Source of the DNA: a virus
Taxonomy: Duplodnaviria; Caudoviricetes
Length of the DNA: 64,000 bases
IMG/VR virus record: IMGVR_UViG_3300048060_000061
Coordinates: 1 to 64,000 of that record
Strand: one strand, 5' to 3'
Part shown: positions 1 through 10,675 of the stretch, piece by piece
Layout of the letters: the number at the start of each line of letters is the position of its first letter
Numbering within the stretch: position 1 is the first letter of the stretch
The notes under the pieces: model-generated
Seen by the model: the letters and a program-made list of their open reading frames with translations, nothing else
Told to the model about the DNA's origin: nothing
Databases searched by the model: none
Translations under genes and position numbers: made by a program

Positions 1-181
1 GGAATATCCCATCAAACTCTTGTGACGACACTTCATCCACTGTTTCCAACACTGTCTTTGTATTTATCATCCAGCCATCTTGAGTTCTTATAATCATTTT
101 CGTTTCTCCTTTTCGCTAGGTCCTGCTTCTCAAATCTGTATTTATTATACCACGAAGTATATAGTTCTGTCAACCCCCAAT
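1..181. repeat. Near-identical direct repeat of 62187-62366 (5' part of a small minus-strand gene plus its RBS and promoter)
   Basis: Sequences match apart from a 1-nt indel (cctgcttctc vs cctgctctc) and one substitution (gttctgtcaa vs gttttgtcaa). Confidence 0.95.
144..173 (-). promoter_or_regulatory. sigma70-type promoter, conserved motif (copies at 52456-52485 and 62329-62358)
   Basis: Minus strand reads TTGACA-GAACTATATACTTCGTGG-TATAAT (18-nt spacer, TGn extended -10). Confidence 0.8.
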
Positions 182-314
182 CTAACGTTTTTACATTAAA
201 GTTTCTAATAGATACTCCATTTGATATAGACTGATCCTATATTAGACTTTGTACATTGTGAAAATTTTGCTATAATAAACTCGATTAGTGTAGAAGTAAA
301 ACAGAGGTGAGTGG

Positions 315-767
315 ATGATTAACGGTGTACAGGTAAAGAGATTAGAAAAACACGTAGATTCCCGTGGTTATTTTATGGAGCTGTTACGGGAATCCGATCC
401 ATTCTTTAATGGCTTTGGTCAGTGGTCAGAAAGCAAAATGGTTACCGGCACGATCAAAGCTTGGCACCTTCATCAGATACAATCAGACTACTGGCGAGTG
501 CCGATAGGTATAATTCGTGCTGTCCTTTGTGATATGAGGAAAGATAGCTCAACTCAGTTTCAGATATGTAAGTACATTCTTGGTGACGATCAAGAACCGA
601 TTATCATAAAGATCCCGCCAGGCGTGGCGCATGGGTGCAAAGTTATGCAGGGACCTGCATTGCTTACCTATATTACCAGTCATACCTATAACCCGGAGGA
701 TGAGGGACGCATTGCTTTTGATGACACTTTGATAGGCTATGATTGGGAGACTGAGGAGATTAAGTGA
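315..767 (+). CDS. rmlC: dTDP-4-dehydrorhamnose 3,5-epimerase family (cupin)
   Basis: Motifs DSRGYFME, AWHLH, IPPGVAHG, YNPEDE; RBS GAGGTG. Confidence 0.85.
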   Translation: MINGVQVKRLEKHVDSRGYFMELLRESDPFFNGFGQWSESKMVTGTIKAWHLHQIQSDYWRVPIGIIRAVLCDMRKDSSTQFQICKYILGDDQEPIIIKIPPGVAHGCKVMQGPALLTYITSHTYNPEDEGRIAFDDTLIGYDWETEEIK

Positions 768-919
768 CCGAACACCCCAAAAAAACAACTTCACCATATG
801 ATAAACTTTTTGAAAATCATCCCTGGTTGGCTCATTTTCTGGTTACGGTTATCAAGCGAATTTTAGGCATTTTCAATCGGTGGATAGATGATGAGGCTAA
901 ACCACGATTGAAAGAATGA
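764..919 (+). CDS. Small hypothetical protein (51 aa, not in ORF track)
   Basis: GTG start overlapping the rmlC stop, GAGGAG RBS; MTEHPKKTTSPYDKLFENHPWLAHFLVTVIKRILGIFNRW... Confidence 0.5.
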   Translation: MTEHPKKTTSPYDKLFENHPWLAHFLVTVIKRILGIFNRWIDDEAKPRLKE

Positions 920-922
920 TTA

Positions 923-1032
923 TTGACATAGTATAGCCTTGGCTTTATACTATCTATCAATTGATTATGTCCGCAAGTCCATTATCAACTAGCCCCGCTC
1001 TGCTCGGCGGCAGTTGCATAATGGACTTTTTT
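923..1032 (+). promoter_or_regulatory. Portal-operon promoter plus long leader hairpin with U-tract
   Basis: TTGACA(923)-17-TATACT(946); hairpin AAGTCCATTAT-CAACT...AGTTG-C-ATAATGGACTT (975-1028) with T run ending just before ATG 1034. Confidence 0.65.
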
Positions 1033-1033
1033 A

Positions 1034-2605
1034 ATGTCTGATCAAGTTGCCATAATCCAAAACGGACAGGTTGAATACGCAACCATAAAACAGACGAATA
1101 GTAACGGTGATTTAGCGGATTTGTCAATTCAAAGACGCGCTTTACCTGTTGGCGATCAACAAAGTGTGGCCAGTGTTTTTCCTAGTTCTATCCATTTCGG
1201 ACACCACCTTCACCATGATGAGAGCTTGCTTCCTGCCTGGTGGTCTCAATCGCGTGATGTCGCTTTGCGTCATTTTTGGATGCGTTCGAATAATGATATT
1301 TTGCAAGGCGCTATTTCCTCAATGGTCAAAAAATTCAAGGCAATGAACTGGGTTATCGAGGGGCCGCAGAGGGTTGTTAATAGATACCAAAAGCTGTTGA
1401 CTACATCAGAATTTTGGAAGGGTTGGAGTTATCTTCTGGGCAAAATGTTGACTGATTACCTAACTCAAGACAAGGGTGGTTTTTGGGAGATTATAGGTTC
1501 GGGTAACCTTAATGGACCAATCGAGGGACCTGTCCTGGGCCTGGCTCATTTAGATGCAACTTTGTGTCAGCTAACCGGTGATATAGAATTTCCTGTTATT
1601 TTTAATAATCCGAAAACAGAAACAGCACATAGGTTACATACTACTCGCGTTGCGCATTTTGTGGATATGCCATCGCCGGCAGAGGGCATGAACGATACAG
1701 GTTTTTGTGCGGTTAGTCGGGTCGTTGGTAGCAGTGAAATCCTGCTAAAAGTCAACCGATATAAAAATGAAAAGTTAGACGATCTTCCAGAAGCCGGGTT
1801 ATTACTTTTCAACAATGTTTTGCCTGATAAATGGGATGACGCCAAAGGTGATTTTAATAGAGAAACACGTCGGCTGGGCCAAGAACATTGGCGAAATATT
1901 ATGACCCTATTTGGTCTCGATCCTGCCCAGGCTGCAACTGCGGATTTCATTTCATTCGCAGACCTACCCGACGCATTCAACGAACTCGAAACAACAAATA
2001 TTTATTTGAATATTATAGCGTTAAGTTTTGGCGTTGACACCAGGGAATTTTGGCCGATTACAAGCGGAGCGTTAGGTAGTGCTACGGAAAGTGAGGTGAT
2101 GCACCAAAAGGCGCGTGGCAAGGGTGTCGGTGAAATTATCTCAATGGTGGAGCGGATTATTAATTGGAAAGTTTTACCGCCATCAGCTACTTTCGGTTTT
2201 GATTTTAAAGACGACCAGGAAGATCTCTTGGCCGCTGACATTGACGAAAAAAAGACGAGCACCATTATGTCTATGTGGCAAGACGACGGATTGGGGCCGG
2301 TCAACCGTTTTGAAATTAGACAGATGTTGGCTGATAATACAAGTTATTTCAAGGATGATTTTCTTGAATTTGATGCGACATTAGAAGAAACAGCAAGTGA
2401 TACTGAGGTAGCGAAATGGTATGGGCCTCTTTGTCAGATAGACTATAAGGGCGATATTAAGCGATTACCTCGACGTACCAGGATCAAGCCATTAATGAAT
2501 GATGCGGTTGAATTGGCGGCTGAGAACTATAGAAAAGGGATGTTAACAGCCTCGACGGTAGCGGAGTTCGCCTTGGGCGAATTGATAGGGGAAAGGTTGG
2601 AATGA
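1034..2605 (+). CDS. Phage portal protein
   Basis: 523 aa at the start of the head module; portal-like segments (IALSFGVD, FGFDFKD, EIRQML). Confidence 0.75.
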   Translation: MSDQVAIIQNGQVEYATIKQTNSNGDLADLSIQRRALPVGDQQSVASVFPSSIHFGHHLHHDESLLPAWWSQSRDVALRHFWMRSNNDILQGAISSMVKKFKAMNWVIEGPQRVVNRYQKLLTTSEFWKGWSYLLGKMLTDYLTQDKGGFWEIIGSGNLNGPIEGPVLGLAHLDATLCQLTGDIEFPVIFNNPKTETAHRLHTTRVAHFVDMPSPAEGMNDTGFCAVSRVVGSSEILLKVNRYKNEKLDDLPEAGLLLFNNVLPDKWDDAKGDFNRETRRLGQEHWRNIMTLFGLDPAQAATADFISFADLPDAFNELETTNIYLNIIALSFGVDTREFWPITSGALGSATESEVMHQKARGKGVGEIISMVERIINWKVLPPSATFGFDFKDDQEDLLAADIDEKKTSTIMSMWQDDGLGPVNRFEIRQMLADNTSYFKDDFLEFDATLEETASDTEVAKWYGPLCQIDYKGDIKRLPRRTRIKPLMNDAVELAAENYRKGMLTASTVAEFALGELIGERLE

Positions 2606-3015
2606 CAGATAGTTTAGAAATTTTAAGACAAGCAAATCAAGAGAATGAAGACAACAGAAAAAAAGCTATTCATAATTTTGACTGTGATTTATCTGAATTA
2701 CAACCTTATGATAATACTGCTTTCCTTGCGATGATAAAGCGTATAAATTTACTAATTGCCAATGCTTTTAAAATACCAAAGGAGTAATCAAGAGATGGGA
2801 GAAATAAAGACAAAAGAAGCCAAAACAAATGGTAGCTATGGATCATCATCCAAAGTCAGACAGTTTCAATATAAACCATATCCTGATATCACGGTCTATG
2901 AATTGGCGTTATTGTTACCAGTATTCTCAATAGCAATGAACGGCGGCAATATTATAGATTTCATTGAAAGTTTACCAGATGAAGCCAAGCGGCATTTTAG
3001 AGATTTGATAGACTG

Positions 3016-3642
3016 ATGTTTGATTGGAGAAGCAGAGTAAGATTTCTAAGGGACAATCCTGGTTTTAATAATGCTGGTGCGTTTAATGTAGTTATTAAGG
3101 CGAAAGAAAACGCCAATTGGATAGCATCGATTTATCATTTATCACCAGATGAAAATCAAGGTCAAAGCTTAATTCATATTGAAGTTCTCTGTAAACAAAA
3201 TGAACGTCAAAAATTCCGGGCAGTCTTGTGGGGTAGCGAGGAAATGACCCCCGAACAATTAAATCAAATCGGTGCCATTTTTGCAGATAAACCGGATTAT
3301 GAAATCAAAAACCATCCAATCGCTGAGGGACAACGAATTTGGCTTGAAATAAGCGGAGGGGACCGGATTGTTAATCTAAATGCAATGCCGGATAGACCGG
3401 ATAGACCGGCAAGTGACGGGAGTATAGGTAATGCCCGTCATCATCATTCATATTTAGTATTGTTTCAGGAAGCAAATAAGGGGTTACCCAATCCTAATCC
3501 AGAGCCGCCAATACCTGATCCTGAACCTACTGATCCTGACCCAGAGCCGCCAACGGAGGAAGCGGTGATATTAATAGATAAAGAATGGATTGATAGTCTT
3601 GGACCGGGGAGCGATGGGTTTATTAGAATTTACAGAAGGTAA
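3016..3642 (+). CDS. Hypothetical protein with Pro/Asp/Glu-rich linker
   Basis: PNPNPEPPIPDPEPTDPDPEPP linker after a HHHSYLVLFQ-ending domain. Confidence 0.5.
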   Translation: MFDWRSRVRFLRDNPGFNNAGAFNVVIKAKENANWIASIYHLSPDENQGQSLIHIEVLCKQNERQKFRAVLWGSEEMTPEQLNQIGAIFADKPDYEIKNHPIAEGQRIWLEISGGDRIVNLNAMPDRPDRPASDGSIGNARHHHSYLVLFQEANKGLPNPNPEPPIPDPEPTDPDPEPPTEEAVILIDKEWIDSLGPGSDGFIRIYRR

Positions 3643-4255
3643 AGCAAAGCCTGTCAATACCATCGCCGGCAGTGGCGGTATCGTAACTTTCCGTCGCAAC
3701 CTTCGAGCCAGTGTCCGCGGTCTATGGACAGGAGCATTAACTAAAGCACAGGCACTCAGGACATTTCGGGCAGCAATAGAACGTGGAATTGACCAAGCCT
3801 GGAATGAAGGCGCTCAGGAGTGCGGTATTCAACCGAACGAGTTGACAGTAGACGAGTTGACAGCGCGGGATGAGTTTATCTTTGAACAGAATGATTTAGC
3901 TCCGAATTTTATTGATGTTGTGGCAGCGAATTCGAAGGCGAATGGAGGGCAGCTTCAGCCGCTTATGCAGAGGAATGAGATGTGGGTTAATCAGTATGAA
4001 AGCGCAAAGCAGCAAAGTACAGCATTGGCGTGTAAGAACGAAAAAAGAAAATGGATTCTTGGTCCAGTTGAGAAATCATGTAGGACGTGTCCCCGTTTGG
4101 CTGGACAAGTTCGAAGGCTTAGTTTTTGGAATAACAATGTCCTCCCCAGGAATGCTCCAAATTCTAAAATTGAATGCGGTGGCTACAATTGCCAATGCCG
4201 TTTAATTAAGACAAATGAACCTATTACAAGAGGCCCATTACCTAAACTTCCTTAG
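3614..4255 (+). CDS. Minor head protein (SPP1 gp7 / Mu gpF-like)
   Basis: Follows portal; CRTC and CGGYNCQC motifs typical of the family. Confidence 0.7.
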   Translation: MGLLEFTEGKAKPVNTIAGSGGIVTFRRNLRASVRGLWTGALTKAQALRTFRAAIERGIDQAWNEGAQECGIQPNELTVDELTARDEFIFEQNDLAPNFIDVVAANSKANGGQLQPLMQRNEMWVNQYESAKQQSTALACKNEKRKWILGPVEKSCRTCPRLAGQVRRLSFWNNNVLPRNAPNSKIECGGYNCQCRLIKTNEPITRGPLPKLP

Positions 4256-4770
4256 GTAATGGGCAAGGAATTTTACCAATCTCAATGTATGATGCTGAAA
4301 TCCTTGAAGAAATGGTAAGCAACGAAATAATAATTAATATGCTTCCAAAGAAACGATTTCCAATTAAATTGAAAGTAAAAACAGATGGTAGGGGCAAGCC
4401 TGCTTTCAGAAATTTAGAAACCGAAATTGATTGTAAATTACCACGGTTACCCAAGCAAAACAAGAACGTGCGAGACATGAACAGATGAGATTATTTTGAA
4501 TGTTTAACATAATAGGAGAGACCTATGGGTAATATAACAAAGCAAGAGGTGTGCAAGACTTGTAAATTTTGGACTAAGAGAGACGGAGAACTGAACTTAA
4601 ATTTTGGCAAATGTATCCACCCTGGCACACACAGCTGGGTACGTGGTCAATCCTTTGAGCCACCGGATTATTTTGGATGCATTAATTGGTTTGGCAATAA
4701 TAAATTATTTATTGAACCTTCAGATGAAAAGGTACAAAGTGTAACTGAATAGGAGAAACCTATAAGCAAT

Positions 4771-5313
4771 ATGAATACTAATGAATTAGCCCAAAAAGTT
4801 CGAGATAGGGATTATTATGGTGTCCCTGGTGAAATAGCAGAGAAGTATATTAAAACGCTTCAGGACCATATTAAATACGTTGCTAAGGCAGGATATAAAT
4901 TAGATGTTCCTGAAGAATTGATACTTATCCATGATAATAGCAAATGGTCCGAAACTGAATTTCCCGGCTATGCTATGCATTTCCAAGGCGGCGGCGCTCC
5001 TGATTTATTCTCTAAAGCCTGGCTAAATCATATCCATAAAAATCCTCACCATTGGCAACATTGGATTTTTCCAGATAGCTATACGCCAAAAGGAAGCAAA
5101 GTCGAAAATGGCATAGTAGAAATGCCTTACCATTATGTCCTGGAAATGATCGCTGATTGGATGGGCGCCTCAAAGGCTTATACCGGAATCGAAGATATGA
5201 CTGATTGGCTTATCAATAATCTTCCAAAAATTAGAGTTCATTCAAAGACAGATGAGGCGTTGAGAAAAACTTTAGATTTTTTGGGTTATGCCGATATTGT
5301 TTGGGTTGAATAA
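4771..5313 (+). CDS. HD-like phosphohydrolase (DUF5662-like)
   Basis: HDNSK, HIHKNPHHWQHW, EMIADW motifs. Confidence 0.65.
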   Translation: MNTNELAQKVRDRDYYGVPGEIAEKYIKTLQDHIKYVAKAGYKLDVPEELILIHDNSKWSETEFPGYAMHFQGGGAPDLFSKAWLNHIHKNPHHWQHWIFPDSYTPKGSKVENGIVEMPYHYVLEMIADWMGASKAYTGIEDMTDWLINNLPKIRVHSKTDEALRKTLDFLGYADIVWVE

Positions 5314-5885
<572 letters not shown>

Positions 5886-5886
<1 letters not shown>

Positions 5887-6059
5887 TGAAATTGTTAACA
5901 AGCAAGAAAGTTCAAGCAGCATTAGCAGGTATTATTATAGTCGTCGTCACCAGTTTCATTCCAGAGATTGATGAAGCTGAATTGACCAAGATCGTCGCGC
6001 TGATTATCGCCTATATATTTGGACAAGGATTAGCCGATTTTGGAAAAGAGGCCAAATAA
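5886..6059 (+). CDS. Holin-like small membrane protein (57 aa, not in ORF track)
   Basis: MKLLTSKKVQAALAGIIIVVVTSF...IVALIIAYIFGQGLADFGKEAK: two TM helices and charged ends; stop/start coupled to neighbours. Confidence 0.6.
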
Positions 6060-6398
6060 ATGGGAATACCACAAATATCACCAGAGCGTGAGGTAGCTCA
6101 TGCTACCTATCCGGCAGAACTCAGGACAGTTGGTGATCATACTGTCCTGGATGTTGCTCCTGGCGGCGATTGGATAGCCAAGCCGCCAGGGGTCAACGTG
6201 TCTGAAGTCGCGACACATATTCAGATGCAAGCATTGGTACAAAATATTCGTTATCGTATAGATGGGAGTGGGGCCGATGCTGATACTGGTTTTCAATTAG
6301 CAGCCGGTGCAATCTCCCTTATTCCGGTGCCAAATTCAGGTATCAGTGTTTTTGAAGAAGCGGCCGGCGCTATTATTCAGTATCAATTTGTAAGGTGA
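6060..6398 (+). CDS. Putative virion accessory protein
   Basis: Beta-rich 112 aa in the head module (NIRYRIDGS motif). Confidence 0.4.
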   Translation: MGIPQISPEREVAHATYPAELRTVGDHTVLDVAPGGDWIAKPPGVNVSEVATHIQMQALVQNIRYRIDGSGADADTGFQLAAGAISLIPVPNSGISVFEEAAGAIIQYQFVR

Positions 6399-6412
6399 TC
6401 TAAGGTGATCTT

Positions 6413-7000
6413 ATGAACTGGGAACATGGTGCTCAAACTGCGCGGTGTACAGAAGATGGTGAACTCTGGACTACTGTTACAGAGCGAGAAGATGATGTAT
6501 TTTCACAATACTCAGAGGTTGGAGTAGGTGCGTCAAAATATGTGATTATGGTTGATAAAGATCATGCGTCATTTCCTCACATATTACAAGAACAGCCAAT
6601 CAATAGGATTGATGTTACTTCTCTATATATTGCGCTTGACGCTGCGGTTAACACGAATGGAGTTCTAAGGATCGGAGTAGTAAGGCGGATTGACGGGACT
6701 GATGCCGATATCTGGTATGTAATGGGAATTCCGTTCTTGGCAACTACAAACCAATTTATTGTATCGCTGCGGGGTGTTCCATCTCAGGTAAAATTTGATT
6801 TGAACGGTACGCAACTGTTACATGGCATTACGAACAGCGAAGAAACTAATGTTGCCGCAGTTAATACGCTAACGACATTAGATAGTCCATTAGGTGTAAA
6901 TACCGTAATTCCAGACGTAGGGGACGTAATTGCAAAGTTAGAGCATGTATCTGGTGGCAGTTTCAATATTGGAATGTTCATTTTTTATCACGGGCATTAG
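6413..7000 (+). CDS. Putative virion accessory protein
   Basis: Beta-rich 195 aa, AAGGTG RBS, head-module position. Confidence 0.4.
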   Translation: MNWEHGAQTARCTEDGELWTTVTEREDDVFSQYSEVGVGASKYVIMVDKDHASFPHILQEQPINRIDVTSLYIALDAAVNTNGVLRIGVVRRIDGTDADIWYVMGIPFLATTNQFIVSLRGVPSQVKFDLNGTQLLHGITNSEETNVAAVNTLTTLDSPLGVNTVIPDVGDVIAKLEHVSGGSFNIGMFIFYHGH

Positions 7001-7007
7001 GTGATTT

Positions 7008-7829
7008 ATGTCTATTTGGCAACATAGCAGCGGACTGGCTCAAATAAAATCTGGGGAAACACTTAACGATTTCTTTGCAGAAGCGGCATTGGGAAATGTC
7101 AGTGATACAGTGACAGTTAACAAGTTTGGCCGTAATACCGAAATTGATTCAGGTGTTACAGCTGATATTTGGGATGGGGGAAATACTGGGGATGTATCAT
7201 TAGTCTGGGTAGCTCCTACTCAAGCTCGCACTCACACAATTGCCAGCGATAGCGCCAGTGATACAGATGGGGGAGCGGGAGCAAGGCGGCTAAGGGTTTT
7301 TGGGTTAACAAGCTGGGACACAGCAGAAATCAGCGAAGAAATTATAATGAATACTGGCAGCCCTCCAGTTACCGTTAATTCTTATGTGATTATTCATAGG
7401 ATGAAGGTTTTAACAAAAGGAGCAACTAGTGTAAATGTAGGAACTATAACGGCTACTGCTACAGGAGATGCAACTATTACTGCTCAAATTTCACCTGGGC
7501 AAGGTCAAACCCAAATGGCTATTTATGGCGTCCCGTCAATTCAAACCGCATTAATAGGTCGGTTTTATGGCAATGTAAATAAATCTGGAGGGGCGGCTGG
7601 ATTGATTGATGTTAATTTGCAAGTCAATCCAGAGCCGCAAGATGAATTGCTTAATTTTCTTGTAAAGCACACCTTTGGGCTTCAAACGGTTGGGACATCG
7701 GCTTTAACTATCAATTATTATGTTCCAAAAGTTTTCCCAGGTCCAATAATTATCAAGGTTCAGGCCCTAAGTGGAACTGACAATATGGATTTATCCGCTG
7801 GCTTTGACGGGATAATAGTAGACAATTAA
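7008..7829 (+). CDS. Putative head decoration/fibre protein
   Basis: Gly/Thr/Ala-rich beta protein with VNKFGRN motif in the head module. Confidence 0.45.
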   Translation: MSIWQHSSGLAQIKSGETLNDFFAEAALGNVSDTVTVNKFGRNTEIDSGVTADIWDGGNTGDVSLVWVAPTQARTHTIASDSASDTDGGAGARRLRVFGLTSWDTAEISEEIIMNTGSPPVTVNSYVIIHRMKVLTKGATSVNVGTITATATGDATITAQISPGQGQTQMAIYGVPSIQTALIGRFYGNVNKSGGAAGLIDVNLQVNPEPQDELLNFLVKHTFGLQTVGTSALTINYYVPKVFPGPIIIKVQALSGTDNMDLSAGFDGIIVDN

Positions 7830-7840
7830 TAGGTAATATT

Positions 7841-10663
7841 ATGACTGAAAATTTCGAAAGACTTGAGACCGGACAGCTTGAATTAATGCACCAGCAAACA
7901 CATGATAAGGTTGACGGCGGTGAAGATTGTCTTCCGGTTCGTAATCAGCATGACAACCTGGCTGCCGAACTTATCAGGCGCGGCGTCACTCATGATACTG
8001 CTATTGTTTGTCCTGAACCGGTGACCAATGCACCAAATTATCAACGTGGTTTTACCGATGACATTTGTATTAATTGTGCTTTTGGACAGTTATTTTTTCA
8101 CTGTAATCTGTACAATTTTCAGTACGTAAAGGATTTTGTTTGCGATAGTTTTAGATACTTCGAAGTATTGGAATTGGAGCCGCCACACGGCTTTTTAATG
8201 GCTCAGGAAAAGCAAACTGCTCTGGCCAGTGTCGAAAAACGAGATATTACCAAGCCAGTCCTGATTATCTCAAATGGTGAAGTTTTTGGTATTGCAGAAT
8301 TTGAGCAACCAGCCCAAATGAGTATCAAGGATTTTGATAGCGAGGAATGGCAGAGCCAGCACAGAATTACCCAGCGCGAGCGTCGGCAATGGTGGCCTGA
8401 TGAGAAAGTGTTTTATGTTTATCCGATCAAAAAGTGGCTTCCATACGACGGCATAAAACTCTACAAGAACGGTCATGTAGTTGATGAACCTAAATTGTCA
8501 GCCAGGCAGTGGCGGATTGTCAGCAAAAGCAAAGATTTACCGAAGCAAATTATCCTCGATCCCTCGGCCGTATCAATTACGGAGCAACAAGAATTTATTA
8601 TTCATGATGGTGTAGATAGTTACAAATTGAATGATGTTTTATCAGCTACCTATGAAACTGAAGTCAGGGCCGCCAAAACTGCCCAAGAGATAATTCCTAT
8701 CTATTCCTTGGCGCTAGTTCGCAATCCGCGCATGCGTGTATCAAAAAAAAATATAATCGCAGAGGCGACGACTAAAGAAATAAGAGACAAAGTGGAAGAC
8801 AAACAAGAGGATGACGATATGCCATTTAGGATTGCATTGAGAGATGAGGAATACTGTGTCATTAATACCGATACAAACGAATCGTTAGGCTGCCATGAAA
8901 CTGAGGCAGAAGCAGAAGCTCAATTGGCGGCACTCAGGATAAATGTTGAGGCTGAGGAGGACGAGAGTGCAGTTCACAGCGACAGAGACAAGCCAAAACG
9001 AAAGCCTAGATCAAGACATCCGAAGAAAGATTTTTCAGATAGTACTATTGAAGAAATTATTGAAACTAAAAATCAACCAACTTTTGATTTAGAAGAAACC
9101 GAAATTAAACAATTTGACGATTCCGAATGGGATGGCAGCGCCGCCCGATGGGATACTGCTGAGGCTTTTTGCAATGATAGCTTGATAGACGTAAATCCAA
9201 GTGGCGAAGAAAAAATCAAAGAGCTTTGTAAACTTCCTTTCCGTAATCCCGGCGCCACCAATCCCAATCTGGCAGCCCTTCGAGCTATTGCTGGTGGACG
9301 TGGGATAACAGCAGTTAAGAAGCCGGCTGATGTTTCGGAAAGCGAATGGAACACCAAAATGAAAACGGCAGCAAACCGACTTATAGGCTGGTGGCCTGAC
9401 GCATTTGATCAACCGGCTCCTGAAAGCATTTTTAGAATTGCAGGCAAGACACGACCAAAGGAGAAAAAGGGATTCGTAGACAACCTGCGTGGAATGTACA
9501 AAAGCATAGCTGAATTTTTAAATATCATTGACAATGAACAAGAAGAAGATACTAAACTGTTTGTTGAAGAAACCGGTATAGCTCAAAAGATAGTCGATGG
9601 TGAGCTATGGCATTTTACCTGGTCAACAAACGCTTTTGAGGATAGAGACGGTGAAATCTTCAGTACCAAGGGCCTTGAAGAATATGTAAACGCCAACGAA
9701 AAAAATAAAGATCGCGGTCATTTCAACCTATGGCATATCAATGAGGAAGATGGTAATTTTAACAGCGATTTTGCTAAAAAGGAATGGCAGGGTGTTGTAG
9801 GTCGTATTCTCATTGAAGCAGGCCCGTATCTACGGAATGAAAAAGGTCGGGCTGCCCGAAAATTTTTTAAGAAATTCTACGCAAGACATCCTCAGATTGC
9901 TCCAGAGGGTTGGGGATGTTCGCCGGAATATAAATACCTGCCAGAGGAGCGGGCCACAGGAATTTATAAAAATATCTGGATTACCAGAACCAGTACGCTT
10001 CCCAAGATGGCGGCGGCTAATATCTGGACAGATACGCAACAAATGAAAATAAAGCGAGGTACAATAATGGCTTTATCAGAAGATCAACGTAAAGCGGCTG
10101 TCGAAATGTTCGGAAGCGAATTCGTGGACACAATGATTAGAGATGCTCAGACCCGATCAACCGAACTCGAAAAGGCCGGTGTTGCCCATAAAGGGACGGC
10201 GGAAGTAGAAACAGAGGTGGAAACAGTAGAGACAGAAATAGTACAATCCGAAACGGAAGTAACACAAGAGACAAACCAAGAAGCGGCGGCAGAAGTAGAA
10301 GAAAAGCAACCAACACAGCCTCCTGATGAAGTCACTATGACTCAAGATCAATTTGAATCGTTGGCTAATATGGTAGCTGGACGTTTCCAGGTCAACAATG
10401 AGTCACTAGTTGAGGCGATGGGTACTATAGCCCAAAGCCTTAGCGAGGTAGGTGACCGGGTAGCGACATTAGAATCGAAAGGGAACGCTAAAGAAAAAGC
10501 AGAGACACCGACATATACATTTGAATTAAAGAGAGCGAGCGAGGATCAAGAAACCGTAGTCACAGATGATGACGCCTTGAAGGGCAAAACGCCGGTAGAA
10601 ATCAGTGAGGCCCCAAAGAGCCAAACTGAAATCACACCGGATGCTTTTTTCACGAAGAAGTAA
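7841..10663 (+). CDS. Multidomain prohead protease/scaffold protein
   Basis: Directly upstream of capsid; STNAFEDRDGE...LWH protease-like motif; acidic C-terminal scaffold region. Confidence 0.65.
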   Translation: MTENFERLETGQLELMHQQTHDKVDGGEDCLPVRNQHDNLAAELIRRGVTHDTAIVCPEPVTNAPNYQRGFTDDICINCAFGQLFFHCNLYNFQYVKDFVCDSFRYFEVLELEPPHGFLMAQEKQTALASVEKRDITKPVLIISNGEVFGIAEFEQPAQMSIKDFDSEEWQSQHRITQRERRQWWPDEKVFYVYPIKKWLPYDGIKLYKNGHVVDEPKLSARQWRIVSKSKDLPKQIILDPSAVSITEQQEFIIHDGVDSYKLNDVLSATYETEVRAAKTAQEIIPIYSLALVRNPRMRVSKKNIIAEATTKEIRDKVEDKQEDDDMPFRIALRDEEYCVINTDTNESLGCHETEAEAEAQLAALRINVEAEEDESAVHSDRDKPKRKPRSRHPKKDFSDSTIEEIIETKNQPTFDLEETEIKQFDDSEWDGSAARWDTAEAFCNDSLIDVNPSGEEKIKELCKLPFRNPGATNPNLAALRAIAGGRGITAVKKPADVSESEWNTKMKTAANRLIGWWPDAFDQPAPESIFRIAGKTRPKEKKGFVDNLRGMYKSIAEFLNIIDNEQEEDTKLFVEETGIAQKIVDGELWHFTWSTNAFEDRDGEIFSTKGLEEYVNANEKNKDRGHFNLWHINEEDGNFNSDFAKKEWQGVVGRILIEAGPYLRNEKGRAARKFFKKFYARHPQIAPEGWGCSPEYKYLPEERATGIYKNIWITRTSTLPKMAAANIWTDTQQMKIKRGTIMALSEDQRKAAVEMFGSEFVDTMIRDAQTRSTELEKAGVAHKGTAEVETEVETVETEIVQSETEVTQETNQEAAAEVEEKQPTQPPDEVTMTQDQFESLANMVAGRFQVNNESLVEAMGTIAQSLSEVGDRVATLESKGNAKEKAETPTYTFELKRASEDQETVVTDDDALKGKTPVEISEAPKSQTEITPDAFFTKK

Positions 10664-10675
10664 GGAGTCATCATC

